From contig CM082587.2 in NCBI GenBank assembly GCA_040954595.2, forward strand, positions 8,375,403-8,439,402: a stretch of DNA of 64,000 bases, written 5' to 3'. This document shows positions 11,901-25,427 of the stretch, piece after piece (the stretch's first letter is position 1; each line of letters opens with the position of its first letter). A program made the position numbers and the translations under genes. Source of the DNA: Balanoglossus misakiensis. Taxonomy: Eukaryota > Animalia > Hemichordata. The notes beneath the pieces are model-generated. The model saw only the letters and a program-made list of their open reading frames with translations, was not told the DNA's origin and made no database searches.

Positions 11901-14900
11901 ACATTGACCACGACCTTGGAATAAGCAGTGAGCAATTCATGGCGCTCTGTCCAGCGTTAATACAACAGCTCGTCACAGATGCATGTCTGCCAGGGGATGA
12001 TCATCACGATTCTGGTGTTGGTCCAACTCTTACCAAAGCTGAAAGTGAGTGTCTTGCATAGAACCTTTTTTTTTGGAAATTGTTCTGAAGTCTCCATAAT
12101 GGCTACATGTGGATATATAGAGAACCAACACTCGACCACACACAACTTCCATCCCGTTTGTAGGATATGAGAGTAAAAATCCCACCAAAATGAATAAATG
12201 GTAAACACTGATTATTCATTTTGGCGAGTTTTTCACTCTGGTGTCTACAAGTTGGATGGAAGTTGTGTGGGGTTGAACGTTGATTCACTATGTATCCACA
12301 TGTAGAATAATATAAATGGTGTCTTGTATCAAACATAATTAATGGAAAAAGGGCAGCGAGAGAGAGACTTTGTCCCTTTAGATTACATACAGTAAAACCT
12401 GTCTAAACCAAACCCTGTCTAATCTGGAAACCTGTCTATACCGAACACCTTTTCCAGTCACTTTGACATAGAATTACATGTTAAAAGAACCTCCATAAAC
12501 TGGACATCTCTGTAAACCGAACAATTTCTTCCGTCCTTAGAAGTCTGCTTTAGACGGGTTATACTGTTTTATATTTTGTTTCATGTTTGCAAATCCAAAT
12601 GTATTTTGATGTATTTTATCTTATGAACATTACCCACAATTATTTATAATAATTGCTACACACCATGTTAAGACATCAGCCAGGCGATCTGATACTCATG
12701 ACGATCATCGAAGTCTAACATACCGGTACAATCTTATTTCTGGCTTAGATATACAGCTTGAATGTACAGTTGGCTTCTTTTACTAACATATATCCATTGT
12801 TATCGTCTTACAGGTTATGGATATGGTTCATTATCTGTGTTCATCATCAGTTTATTATCCCTGCTTGGTGTTGTTTTCATACCAGTGCTAACCAATGTGG
12901 TATACACACAGTTCTTACAACTCTTCATTGGGCTTGGGATCGGTACACTGGCAGCAGATGCTTTCTTGCATCTTATCCCTGAGGTTTGTGCTGTACTGCC
13001 ATTACTAGGTGAACCCTACATTTTTTGTGCATGCACCTCGAAAATCAAAGCCTTAAACAGGCTGAAATTCAGTTGTCAATCAATGCATACCACGTGTGGA
13101 CCATGGCTTTGAGTGTGTCCAATTTTTACACTATATGATATGAGGTCAATATTTGTAGTTTTCAGAGGTGTTTAGTGTGAATTACACTGGATGTATTCAG
13201 AATTTGTGTTTGGAAGTTTCTGTATTATGCAGGGTTTAGATTGGATGTATCAGCCTGTCTGGCCTAAAACAACCTTTTCCCTGTTGGGCATGTTAAAATT
13301 GCCACAATCATGTACATACAATTTGCCATTTATGCAATATTCATCACCTAGCTTATTCATGGAAATCAAACGTCAATATCGGAGAACAAATGTCACCATT
13401 CTGGCCAAAATTATGATCAAAGCCTCGAAATGACAAAATTATGACAAAAGCGTGAGAGTTATACAAACAATGTGCTAGTATGTGTTCCTTTTCACCCCAG
13501 TTCCCTATGACACCGGTAGAGGTCCAACTATACCGTAAAAAACAATGGATTTTTAAACAAACAATGATGGTGAAATGCATGAATAATCACTTTCTTTGTT
13601 TTTTTTATATATATAGGCATATGGTATCCATGGACATAGTGTTGGAGATAGCCATGACCATGAAGAAGGGGAGGAGTCTTTTGATCATCTGTGGAAAAGT
13701 TTGACGGTGTTGGCAGCAATTTATGTATTCTTTGTTTTTGAAAAGCTGACATCAACATGTGCAGAGAAATTCTATGAACATGTAAGTTACATACTACAGT
13801 GAAACCTGTCTATTAAGGACACCTCTGGGACCAGAAAATACTGTATGTCCTTAATAGACAGGTAAAGTTATATTAATACTGTGACTTTTGTCTTGAAAAA
13901 TCTGTCCTTAATAGAGAGGTGTCCTGATTAGAGAGTCCGTAATGACAGGTTTCACTGTAGTAGTTTATTCCATATTTTGTGAAGAATACAAAGTCTTATA
14001 CAGTATAAAGTGTATTTTATAAGTATAATATAATACAGTACAATATGATACTAGCAATACAGTTCAACATAGAACAATACAAACAGACATTTACAAATAA
14101 TCTAATGTACAATGTAACATCATTGCCTTGGTGAAATATTTCCATTTTTTGGTCTTCTAGCATAATGATCAGTTACATATTTTATACACAAATCCTCGAA
14201 AAGATGCGCATGTCAAACATTACTGTGGAGTTATATTGGCCATGGAAAATTTGGCCAGGAAATTTTCACTATATCAAAAGTGGCAACTGTCACGCGAGGA
14301 TTAATGTTGGCATTCTCGTATTTTGCTAACTGTATCGTTATCTCCGAAATACATTTTACGCGACTTTATTTTTACACGTTTTTTTTGGCTCTCGCGTAGT
14401 TCGCGAAAATTTATTGCTCGCGAAAAGAACCCATTTTACAGTATAACATGTGCCTGATATAAATGTACATTATGTGTAATTGTTTGTTGATAGAGCCATG
14501 AAATAGGACAAGATCAGCCCCTCCACCGCACGGAAAATTACGATCTTGGCCATTCGCATTCTCATTTTGAAAAACCAGCATCCCCATTGACAAGTTCTCA
14601 TTCAGAGTCTAAGGTGCAACTGGTAAGTCCATTCCACTCATCACAAAAAAATGGTCTGGTTGATGTGAACACGGACTTTCATGTATTTTATGATCATAGT
14701 CCCTCCATGACCAGTTAAGTGACAAGAGTTTCCATGAATAAACTCTTGGAATTAGACTCCTTTTGTGTGAAAGGTGTGATTCAATCCCCTGGGACTTGCA
14801 CTGCGTAGATATGGTCACATTTATCGGAGTGTAAAAATCAAAACGTGGGATGTGATAATGCTCAACATGTTGGCAAAAACTAATAATACACTGACTCAAA

Positions 14901-16997
14901 CCATTTGGGGAAATCCGAATGGGGAATAACCTGTATGTAATTTTTTAATTGCATTTTTTTTCAGCTTCCTTTATTGGGGCATGCTTAGACAGTTGTGTGT
15001 ACTTTCAAATCAAAACTGCAAAGGTTAATTTCTTTTTTGCTATAATCATCATTATATTATTATTATTATTTACAGGCAAATTTGAGTGAGGAGAATGACA
15101 AGAATACAATGAATGTGGATGAATCAGTCCCGGGCAACAAGAAAAGTAAGTCAAAATAACGCATCACTTGATTTAAAACAAACCATTTTGGAGCTTTATG
15201 ATGAAACCAGTCTGGCGAGGCATGTAATAATATTTTTGCCTGAATGCATGGTGTATGGGCCCTCTGGAGACCATTTGCACTCCTGTGCTCGGGGGCCATT
15301 AACTCTATCCAGGCAATAACATTGTCTCTTTGATTTTGGTCACCTTTCTAATGAAATGCACCATAACTCTTGTACAATAGGGCGCGTATCCCCTGTTGTG
15401 TGGATAGTGATATTAGGCGATACTCTGCATAACGTCAGTGATGGTCTCGCCATCGGAGCTGCTTTTGCTGCCAACTTGTACGTGGGAATATCCACGTCCA
15501 TTGCTGTGTTCTGCCATGAATTACCACATGAATTAGGTCAGTCAATTTTCATGTTCAAAAAGCTATGTTAACCATAGCATGACCAAAAGTCAGCTACCAC
15601 ATGGAACCTGAAATGTTATACCCACAGTGGTTGTGTATGATTTGCACAAAACTTCTTCTGTACAACATATGTCTTCATAGTGTGAACATTTTTGTTCGAT
15701 TTTCATGAAATTGTCAAGTTGGAGATATGTAAAATATCAGCAGGCAATTGAGCACTGTAGTCATATACGGTATATTGCAGGAAAACTGGATGTTTATGTG
15801 ACATCACTACAAATTTTGTGGTTTGCTAACTTCATGTGCACATATTGGCAACTGAGGTGGGTACAAAATATCCTTCCAGTATTGAAATCAATATCCTTGT
15901 CTTTGCTATTGCAGCTGAAACTAAATTCCCTATATTTTTTATGTGGTTTTCATTGCAGGTGACTTTGCTATCTTGTTGAATGGTGGGCTTAGTTTTAAGA
16001 AAGCACTCTTATTCAACTTCATATCGGCATTGAGTTCATTCATCGGTTTGTACATTGGTATAGCGGTTGGTGCAGATGATGAAACTCGACGATGGATCTT
16101 TGCAATTACAGCTGGTATATTCCTCTATGTGGCGTTAGTTGATTTGGTGAGTTTTGATTTCAGTCTTTGTCTGTGGCCAACTGGAGCACTAAGACTCTGA
16201 AAAGTGGGCTGCAAATGCACATGATCATTGGGACCCTCGCAATACTCTGATTTTTTTTTTTTAATTGTGGCTTAACAGCTGTTGATAACATCAAAAGAAA
16301 AGAAGAAATGTATTTCTCCTTTAATGGGACACACCTCATTATAGCTGGAGGGAGTCATGTATTGGTTTATTGACTGTGAAATGGTTAAAACCACCAATAG
16401 TTTAGTTTCATGTGCTAGGGGAATGTCTTTGGAGCTATCGGCAAATGCAACAACTAGATTGATAAGGATGTATGATAGTATAGTTGATTCTAAGATTCTC
16501 CTCAGCAAGTGTAAAAAAAAATCATATTGAAATATTGGTACAGGGCCATCATGGATGGTGGATTGATGGATGGATGTGGGGTGAGGTGGGTGGGTGTGGT
16601 GGATGTATGATGGACATTAGGTATTGAGGTTAGACTCTCTCACAGCCCCTCTGGCCATCCATGCAGGCTTATTGTCTGATTGCAAGGTTTGCTGCACAAC
16701 ACCATATGGAGCTTCTCCTTTGCTAAACGGTTGAGGGCGCATCAGTGAAGAACCTTGTAGCGAACCGTGGGCTGTGAGAGAGTCTAGTAGGGAGGTATAC
16801 CGGTAGTATGACATTTTGTACATGCAGACTAAACATATCTTTTTTCTTTCTTCTGACAGATGCCTGAAGCCTTACACTTCAAATCTACCCACAAGTTAAT
16901 TACATTTATCCTTCAAAATTTTGGAGTTCTGGCTGGATTTGGCATCATGGTGCTGATAGCAATCTATGAAGAAGAACTGTATTCCTCCTTCAACTAG
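8931..16997 (+). CDS. LIV-1-subfamily ZIP zinc transporter (SLC39A12/SLC39A4-like), 12 exons, ~721 aa
   Basis: GT-AG exons that join in frame: 8931-9215, 9539-9790, 10327-10534, 11275-11501, 11867-12044, 12814-12983, 13617-13781, 14494-14622, 15076-15145, 15381-15536, 15959-16146, 16860-16997. Features: signal-peptide-like N-terminus, His-rich ectodomain, LCPALIQQ (PAL motif), [20 protein letters not shown] loop, [10 protein letters not shown] and the [14 protein letters not shown]-1 signature. The exact paralogue is not resolved. Confidence 0.93.
10712..10847. mobile_element. hAT-like MITE in ZIP intron 3
   Basis: TIRs ca(t/g)tgttctccccagga with the 8-bp flank cacacaca on both sides. The right end plus flank is duplicated again at about 11018-11098. 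Confidence 0.7.
12100..12381. mobile_element. Fold-back MITE family, Kolobok-like (copy 1; others at ~57505-57745 and ~61955-62195)
   Basis: Three near-identical copies with an internal palindrome centred on ccaaaatgaataa...ttattcattttgg. The terminus reads ttaaagggacaaagtc (TTAA + RR). Confidence 0.7.
12390..12567. mobile_element. Tc1/mariner-like MITE
   Basis: ta-cagtaaaacctgtctaaa ... tttagacgggttatactg inverted ends. Confidence 0.6.
13797..13957. mobile_element. Tc1/mariner-like MITE
   Basis: TIRs cagtgaaacctgtc / gacaggtttcactg flanked by TA on both sides. A related copy lies at ~57003-57187. Confidence 0.8.
14223..14441. mobile_element. TA-flanked MITE (family also at 55507-55702 and partly at ~59849-59995)
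   Basis: Shares ttttttggctctcgc..ttcgcgaaaatttattgctcgcgaaaa..cc..tt.acagta with the 55.5-kb copy. Confidence 0.6.
16631..16786. mobile_element. Short MITE with TAG termini in the last ZIP intron
   Basis: Perfect 18-bp TIRs tagactctctcacagccc / gggctgtgagagagtcta. Confidence 0.7.
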
Positions 16998-18234
16998 TTC
17001 GGCCCTCGTCTAACATAACATCAAGCAAGCTTGTATTTTTCTGTTACTTTTCTTGACGTGACTTTTATTCCTCTGTTGCCATAGTAACGGCTTTTTGTTC
17101 TGCTGCCTGGGTGCAAAACTCTGCATTATATCAGTATACATGAAAAAAAAACTTTTGTCACCAGCTTAGTTAACACACATTCATGGATGTGATAAAATGC
17201 CATCATTGGATACATTGCATGTATTGCAATTCTGTGCATCTTTAATACTGGGAGATTTTCATTTTATTCTGGTTGACTTCAATGTTGAAATGTTTTTTTT
17301 TCCCAAGTCAAGTGAAAGAACCTAAAAAGTAAAATTTGAGGTCCTGATTCAGCAAAAGTACATTATATAAAGTGAATATTAGAAAAGGGCTATAGATTCT
17401 GTAGCTAAGGGACAGGGAATGAAGCAACCACCAACACAGTCTGTGCTAGGTTTCCGCCCTTTCACCACCATGGTTTGGTCCAAAATCATTGTTTTCTATG
17501 GTAAAGTTGGACCTCTATATAGGGAATTGGGGGTGAAAGGGTTAGGCTAGATAAACTTGATAGATATGAACATTACAGTATTTTCATCGTTTATTTTTAT
17601 AGTATTTATAGTGTGAAATATACAACTTTTATATTTAATATTTGTTTTAAAAAGTACGAATACCAGAAACATGGTATGTATGGGTTAATAAAATTCATGA
17701 TATTGTGACAGCAACTGAAGATCCTAGGACCTAGTAGGTCGTGGCGACTGCAGTGGGGTTTTCTCTGGTATGGGAGGACAACCACACGGCGCAATGACCC
17801 ATTCCCTTTTACAGTGTTTTAGTCAATGTGTAAATTTTCAATGTTGAAAGGTATGCAGTGATTAAGGGGTGAAACAAATTAGAGGAACTATGTGTAAGTG
17901 TGATTTTGACGACAGCCCATAACCGTAGACTGCCACTAGAGGACGTCATTTACAAAATTTCCCTTCATCATTGATGGAATAGGAGTGTTCAACCAACACA
18001 GCAGATGGGTGCATGTTTTATAGACAGAAGAAAACTTCTTGGTTTTATGTAATATTCAATATGTGACATTTATGATATTTATAGACAAACTAATAAAACA
18101 AGGGCAAACTTTACGTTATGTGTAAGTCCACAAAAATGCAGTTTCCAGCTCTTTATATTACAAAACCCACACCCAGCCCCTTTGCCCCCCCCCCCCACCA
18201 TACATAAATTACTTCCTACGCCCCTGAGATATCC

Positions 18235-18620
18235 TGTTTCTCACACTCCTGGCACGCTGGGAGTGTGGGATCAGAGTGCGAGAACAAATTGATCCTACAC
18301 TCTCACTGAATCGAAAGCTGTATATGACGCGAGGGCTGATTGGTTGACAAAGCGTTTTTTGCTAACATGCTTAATGTTATCCAATGACGCGATGTGTATT
18401 ACAGGGACAGAGACTACAACGTCCCCACACGACAGATCCAGAGTCATTTATTCAATGTTTTTAACGAATTTTGCTAATTTGTGACCGTGTGAGAAATATA
18501 GTCTCACACACCAAGGACTTGGGATCATATTTCTCACACTCGTCGGGGATTTTCTGTCCCACATGAGCCGCAATCCGTGTCAGAAATATGATCCCAGGTC
18601 CTTGGGAGTGTGAGATTCTA
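18235..18620. mobile_element. Palindromic non-autonomous element (Crypton-like layout)
   Basis: Repeated tctcacact..gggagtgtg.ga inverted motifs and a terminal hairpin at 18500-18615. Confidence 0.4.
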
Positions 18621-18677
18621 TTATTGTTTTTATTTCTCTGCATTGGGAAGTTTGAATATTTCCCGGTATTTGCATTT

Positions 18678-19060
18678 TTATTAGGGGACCAAGCGCCATC
18701 AGGCGCTTGGTCCCCTTCTGTTATTGCTGGAGTTTTTCTTCTTTCTTCTTGAGTCGTTTTTTTACTCCCGTTTTTCTCAAAAATCCCTGGACCTACGCCT
18801 ATGAAATTTGGTACGGTGGTTGGGGCCCATGAGTACTTGTGCACCTGCCCTTTGAATTTGTAATTAGTCACGTGACTTGGTGGCTATAATCGAGCGAAAT
18901 TTTCAAATTGACCTAATTTGCACGTTAATGGCGGCATTTAAATTCTTTTCTCAAACTTTGTATACCATATGACCATAATCCCCTGTGCCAAATTTCAAGG
19001 TCCTAGGCCACGTCGATTTTGAGAAGAAGATTTTTGTAATATTTTTCGCATTTTTTGGTG
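18678..19060 (-). mobile_element. Helitron2/HINE-like repeat fragment
   Basis: ttattaggggaccaagcgcc..ggcgcttggtcccc terminal hairpin, followed by aaatttgg and caaatttcaagg...gagaagaagattttt motifs. Confidence 0.45.
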
Positions 19061-19224
19061 GGCTGAGGACGAACACTAGGGCATCGGACTTTGACCGTCA
19101 TTGTGTAATGTTGTGGAGATCTCATTAGCAGGGTGCATGTACTCACTTCTGGCGGGTTGCAGTAGTCCTTGGAAAATCGGCTGAAATACGTAAACTACGG
19201 TGGCCCGTACATGACAGTCAAAAT

Positions 19225-19545
19225 CTCTAATTAAGCGGACACAACTTTAATTTTGCCCGACAAAACTCTCTAATTGGTGGACACAACTCTAACTTTGTCG
19301 GACAAAACTCTCTAATTGGTGGACACAACTCTAACTTTGTCGGACAAAACTCTCTAATTGGTGGACACAACTCTAACTTTGTCGGACAAAACTCTCTAAT
19401 TGGTGGACACAAAACTCTCAAATTGATGGACACAACTCTAATTTCGCCTGACACAGCCCTTTATTTGTTGGACACAACTCTGATTTTGATGGGCGCAACT
19501 TTCTAATTTTGTCGGACACAACTCTTATTCGCGTGGACAAAACTT
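19225..19545. repeat. 42-bp tandem repeat, probably subterminal repeats of a DNA transposon starting TACGGTGGCC at 19196
   Basis: ggacacaactctaactttgtcggacaaaactctctaattggt: about 4 near-exact copies plus degenerate ones. Confidence 0.85.
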
Positions 19546-19666
19546 TCTTTTGCTCAAGGCGGAAATTCACTATATATCCCACAATACAGTTCGCGTCAAC
19601 GTCACTGGATTACTGCCATTTGAGTCTGATGCCGGAGACGGAGTTACACTACATCCTACAAACAAA

Positions 19667-19928
19667 ATGTCGAAATTTATTCGTGTAACTGACAAAGTCA
19701 GGACCGGCGAAGCAGTCAAACTTCCAACAGAGGAAAATGGGACAGTTTTACTCAGTACATTGGAAGGTCAGTTTCCCGGGGCATGTGGCCTGAGATATAC
19801 AGTGCGTCACGATCGTGGGGGCTCAGTTGTGAGAGGAATTCGGATGGAAGAACGTGTTTTCTAAGCACCGTCCTGTGGATGGGACGGCGTTGATCTGTAT
19901 GTTGTATATTCCGATGACAGAAGAAAAG
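19667..19928 (+). pseudogene. TDP-43 N-terminal-domain-like exon with an in-frame stop
   Basis: MSKFIRVTD...[28 protein letters not shown]...RGIRMEERVF*APSCGWDGVDLYVVYSDDRRK aligns with the TDP-43 NTD (MSEYIRVTE...[20 protein letters not shown]...LHAPDAGWGNLVYVVNY). TAA at 19862-19864; donor gtgagt at 19929. Confidence 0.85.
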
Positions 19929-20869
19929 GTGAGTGGTGAAATTATGGCAATAATTGGTGATCGTTTCGGATGTGATTTACATGAAGGGACGCGGACATTG
20001 GACGGACGGACGCACGCGGTCTGCTGTAAAGAAAGGTTGCCAAGCTGATAAAAATCAGAATAATTCACCCTGAGTGTCGGTAGTTTTTAGAAGTCTATAG
20101 TTGGAGCCTAGTTTTCTGACAATTCTGATTTTATATAGGTGAGAAAACAACTGAAGAAGAAAAGGCTAATTTACTAGTAGTTTCATGTTTGTACATGTGT
20201 GCAGCTAGGCGCAATCAGCAATATTGGCGCCAAAATGTAGCATTTCTGTGAGGTGAGGCATTGTAACAAAATTGTTCTACCACATTCACTACAGTGGGGT
20301 CATAGTAAACATTGTCTGTTGCTGTATATGTTGTGACGTGATTAAATTTCGATGTCATGTTCTAACAAATATTCATTTGGTGTTATAAGTCTTCTTCTCA
20401 CTAAAAGTTTCGACAGCAGTGCTATGCCAGTGTTTACTCTCTGCAAACACAGGGGATTAGCCCACAGAATCTCCGTGCGTCCACACACTAAACTTTTGGC
20501 CACTGTTTTGAAATAAACACCGTCTAAATGGCCATGTTTAGCAACACGGCAACTAACAAAATTGAGGACGTCGAGCACATTACAGCAACATGTTTCAGTT
20601 TCTATACCTGCATATGCGTTCTAGACGACTTTGTCATCTTTATGACAGTTTTGATAATGTTTAGAAGTAAATGAATGTTAATCCATAAATGGAAAAGCCT
20701 CAAATTTTCGGTGATCGAGAGAACCTTATGAAAGTTGGTGGCAGACAGAAGTGTTGCAGACCTGGCAAACCGTGAATGGTTTGAAAACCACTCGCGTCCA
20801 GTGTGATTGACTTCACAATGGAAACTGACCAGAGACAATGGGCTATACCTCATAAACATACCCAAAAGT

Positions 20870-21093
20870 CACTGCAGGGTGGCGCTTTTGAACGGTGTTT
20901 GTTTATCTTTGCGTTCTCACTGCATATTTGCGTCGGAGCGCTGGCCCAGCACTGGCCCTGACCCACCACCCATCGCCGTCGCAAATTAACACCAGCCCAG
21001 CACCGGTGTAGAGCGTTCTCACTTACTTTTTTCCGTCGGTGTCAAATCTACACCGGTGTAGCACCGGTGTAAACGTGCCAGTGAGAACGCCCT
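20870..21093. mobile_element. Probable Harbinger-type element end
   Basis: GC-rich subterminal caccggtgta repeats ending gtgccagtgagaacgccc. Only one end was recognised. Confidence 0.4.
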
Positions 21094-21103
21094 TTTAGTT
21101 TCA

Positions 21104-22084
21104 GTTACTGAGGAATGCAGGAAAGGTGTTGGTCTATTTGGCAAAGTCAAATCTTTCCAGACTTACAAAAATGAGAAGAGCTATATCACAAATTCTCAGT
21201 TGTTTGATGGTGATGAACATCAGAAATACATTTCCTGTGTGAGCAAATGTATTGATGAGAATGAATACTTCTATGCTGGGCAAGTGATTGCCATGTCTTT
21301 AATTCATGGGGGTCCTCTACCACATTGTTTTGCTGAGCACTTTTTTGATGCTGTTGTATTTGGGCCAGACAGTGCAAAACCTACATTGGATGATCTCCCA
21401 CAGGATAGTTATGCTAAAAATGAGTTGACAAAGTTAAGGAATGCCCCTTTAACTGAGGTTGATAGTGTGGTAACTGGAAGCTTGGATAATTTCCTTGAAT
21501 TAGCTGGGACATGGAAAATAATGAGATGTGAAGATGACAAAGATAGGGTTATCCTGTCCACAGTAAAGTGGTATTTATATGGAAGGAACAGACCAGCACT
21601 TGACCAATTTAGAGACGGTCTGTCTACCCTTGGAGTTCTTGCAGCAATGCAGCAGTATCCAAATAGTTTCAAGTCAGCATTCTGCCAAAAAACATCACTC
21701 TCACAGCAGATATGTTTGCTGATGTTGACAGGGTAAAATACACAAGAAGTGAAATTGGATCTAATAGACACATTGTTGAAAGTAATGTATTATCCTATTG
21801 GGCAGACTTTCTTCAGGATGTTGAAGAGGGTGAAGTTTCCAACATAACACTTTCACAAATTTTCATGTTCATTACTGGTTGCAGTGAATTTGGGTATGGA
21901 TTAACATTAGAAATTCAATTTCTACATCAAAATGAGGAAACTGGTACACCATCAAGGTTTCCTAAGGCCAATACTTGTGCTTGTATATACTTCATTTACC
22001 TGTTATACATAAAACATACCATATGACTTCAAAAACGATGTTGCATTTGGCATTGCAAATGCTAAGGGTTTTGGATATGCCTGA
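21104..22084 (+). pseudogene. G2E3-like HECT E3 ubiquitin ligase domain, frameshifted
   Basis: YFYAGQVIAMSLIHGGPLP, ALDQFRDGLSTLGVL, GSNRHIVE..W..FLQD, IFMFITG, catalytic FPKANTC and terminal NAKGFGYA*. Frameshifts near 21690 and 21990. Confidence 0.85.
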
Positions 22085-22722
22085 AAATTAAAGTGTAAAA
22101 TGAGACATAACTACAGTTTTTCATCTATTTTCACACAGTGTCCAGACTCGGCCATTCACTGATGACCAAGCTTAAGTTCACACACTATTTTTAAACCTCA
22201 GAAGCAAGTTAAGCAAATTCTATGTAATAAGATGTGCTGCTGTTTATGCATTCAACTGCCAAACAGTACACCTGGTATGCAAGAGATTTGATTTTGCCTT
22301 TTGGCAAGTGGTTTCACTGTTCAGGTGTGATAAATTTAGACAAAATTGTTCCAGATTTGTGCCAGAGAAAAAACATGGTTCCCAATGTCATCACTACAAA
22401 TGTGCATGTGTTAATGTTGCCCATTTATGAATGTCTATCAATGGACAAAACATTCTATTGGGAAATCAGTAAGAAAAGAGTAGTTTTTATACCTTTTTTA
22501 CCTCGTTCTCCTTTAAAAAGTGTTCAAAATTCTGGTGAGCATCAGTTGTTTAAACCGATTTGTGTAGTAGTCACAAGTTTTAGAATAGAACTGTACTCTG
22601 CAGTATATTATATTGTGCTTGATCGACCAGTTTAGGGTTTAACCTTCTGTTAGATGTTTACTATAACACTTGGAAATAAAAAATGATACTCTGTTCATAA
22701 ATTAGTTGTGTATGTTCATTAA

Positions 22723-23324
22723 AGCCTCAGTATTTCTCGTAGGGGCAAAATTTTGTTTGAAACGGCATCTATAATTTCTAAAAGTAGATGATAATTGATA
22801 CTGAATCGAACAGTCATCATCCCCAGCTCTGCTCATAAACTCATACAATTTACAATATAACAAGTGAAGAATGACTTTCTGTCCGGACAGAAAGTCACGT
22901 GAGTCAGGCTCCTGTTGACACACGTGACTAGTGCGCATGCGCACTCCAATGTGAATCTATGCGGAAGAGGTTTGGTCGCCCCAAATCAAGCGACTCAGCG
23001 AAGAAATGCGCACTAATTCGGCGAAATTTTGGGAAGATAACTTTATGGGAGAAATCAGTCGATGGAACCAAATCAAATCCGAAAATGGTCTGACCATCAA
23101 ATGTCAAAATGGCACATTTGCTGATCGACATGTACAACATTTCCGTTGTAAACAAACCCGCGCATCATTTCAAGTGTTACGGGCAATATTTACAGCTTGC
23201 ATGTAGCTACAGTTGCCCAAACCTTTCTTCTATCTTCATTATGTAGTATTCCATGATGAATGTACAGGAAAAACGGGCATTTTTCGATGATGAAAAATGG
23301 ATACACACGAGAAATACTGGGGCT
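22723..23324. mobile_element. Kolobok-like MITE
   Basis: TIRs agcc(t/c)cagtatttctcgt / acgagaaatactggggct with TTAA on both sides. Confidence 0.8.
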
Positions 23325-25427
23325 TTAAAGTGTGTGTGAACACCATTATGTCATGAAACAAGGTAATGCTGTACTAATGTCTGTGTGTGTGTGTGTGAAT
23401 ATGACATAGTGTGTGACATTTGGGAATTATGACTTGCTAATTGACAGCTAATTTGCATATTTAATGATTCTATGCAATTAGCAATACAACTCTTGAATTA
23501 CTGTTCTGATATTCATGAAATTTGCCAGCTTATACTGTTTTTTACATAGATCAAACAAAACCTCACTGCTGCCATTTTGGCAATAATTTCAGATTTTCAA
23601 CATTAATTTGGTGTATTTGCAATATATCATAAAACTACAGTAAGAATCCCAAACTGATCTTAGGGGAGAACCATTTGATTGTTTGGGTGGGGGTTGTTGC
23701 AGATGGTTCAGAAGGAAACAAATTCATTTGCAATGCCTTGTTTGAAATGGAGTAAAGAATGTCACACAAGTTAGAAAATCTCATTCTTTCATTTTTAGGC
23801 ACTTGTCAGTTTATGAGCAGTTTATTCTTGTCCACCGTTCATTTGAATAATTTTTTTCAAAGAGTGTTCTTTTTAATACTTTGTGTGTATTTTTTGTGGG
23901 GGTGAAGTGTGCGTTTTTCGTTAAAAATGTGCGTGTGGTTTTTTTGTGACAAATTAGTGATTTTTTTTTTGCAACTGCCTTGTGGACATATTTTTTTCGG
24001 TAAGCTTGGTGGGGGTTTTTTTGACAACAGGTGAGATTTTCTTCTGTGTGTGTTATTTTTTATTTTTTGTTTTGACTCCACGATGGATTACTTTTTACAC
24101 TCGTTGTTTTTTAAACCACCAATCAGTTTTTTGTGTTTTTTACGTATTTTTTTGTTAAAAGACATCAATTTTCTATAAAATAATGATAAATAATTTTGAA
24201 ACACTTGGCGCGCCGTACTATGGCATCATCTCAATGCAAGATGCATTTATGTGGAACTGTTTGTGTGAGGTTGAATATAGAGTGAGCTTGCTTGCAGAGA
24301 GCTGAGTTGGTAATTTCTTTGCAGTGAGTTGGATATTCTGCTCAAACTCCAGTATACTGTGTCGGCTTTCATTCAAACAATTATTTCACATATTTAATAG
24401 ACTACAAATAATGTAAGAATAATAATGACTATTTATTGCTGTATATAAACAATAAACAAAGAAATCTTTCAATGATAAACATAAAACAAAAATAAAAAGC
24501 ACAAATTAAAACTTAAGTGTCAAAGATATAATATGCTTTGAACAAAATCATGTATTTTATACAAAAAATTAATAATGACGAAAATTTACTACTCTATGTA
24601 AAAATAATAAAAATAAATTTGAAATAATAAATCTACAACAAAAATAAACAACACATATTAAATTATAGATCTCATATCATGCAGTTTAGGATATGCACAG
24701 AATATACAAGTAAAATTTACTGCTTTATGTAAACAAAAATGTATTAACAACAATAAACATAAAAAAATAAAAAGGATATATCAAAATTGGTTCCTTCAGT
24801 TCTCGCGATATGCCAAAATGTCAAAATTCAATAAATATAAGAAGCAACACTCACTAACTTCAATAAGCTCTCAAGAATCATTCATAAAGCTACATTTTCC
24901 ACAGACAGGTTCAATGTTTAGAGCATATGATTTCTTAAACTTATTAAACTTATTTGGATATCATCACTACTTTTTAAAGTGAATATCATCTAGGAGGTCA
25001 GTCAGGACAATTATAGTTCAAACAAGCTGACACAAGTACTGTAGAATGTGTATCACAGTATGTTGGGATATGTTGAGTGAAAAAGAAATTGCAAGATACT
25101 AACATGATGATGATCTATGATATGAGTATCAAGTAGGGCTCCTATATAAAACACCAAACAACACCACCATCGGAACTCAGAATAACAGGGCTACTCATCA
25201 CCAGCCCCGCCCCCAATAAAAGGACTAGGGCGATCCCTAGAAACGAAATAAGGTAGTCCCAGCCCATTCAGACTGACTAAGTCATGCATCACACACACAA
25301 AAAGAAAAGAAATAGATGACAACCCTCAATCCTCCACCCCCTCCAGCAAGACAATAATATTAAGGGGTGCAAGTGTGAGAATAATTCAATGTCACAACCA
25401 TAACTTTTACCAAAACATTGAAAACTA

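Noticed and set aside
19227-19454. CPPIREFCPTKLEL repeat peptide
   Set aside because: It is a translation of a non-coding 42-bp tandem repeat.
19196-24217. One element bounded by TACGGTGGCC (19196) and GGCGCGCCGTA (24217)
   Set aside because: The termini match only partly and the flanks (gtaaac vs ctatgg) give no target duplication.
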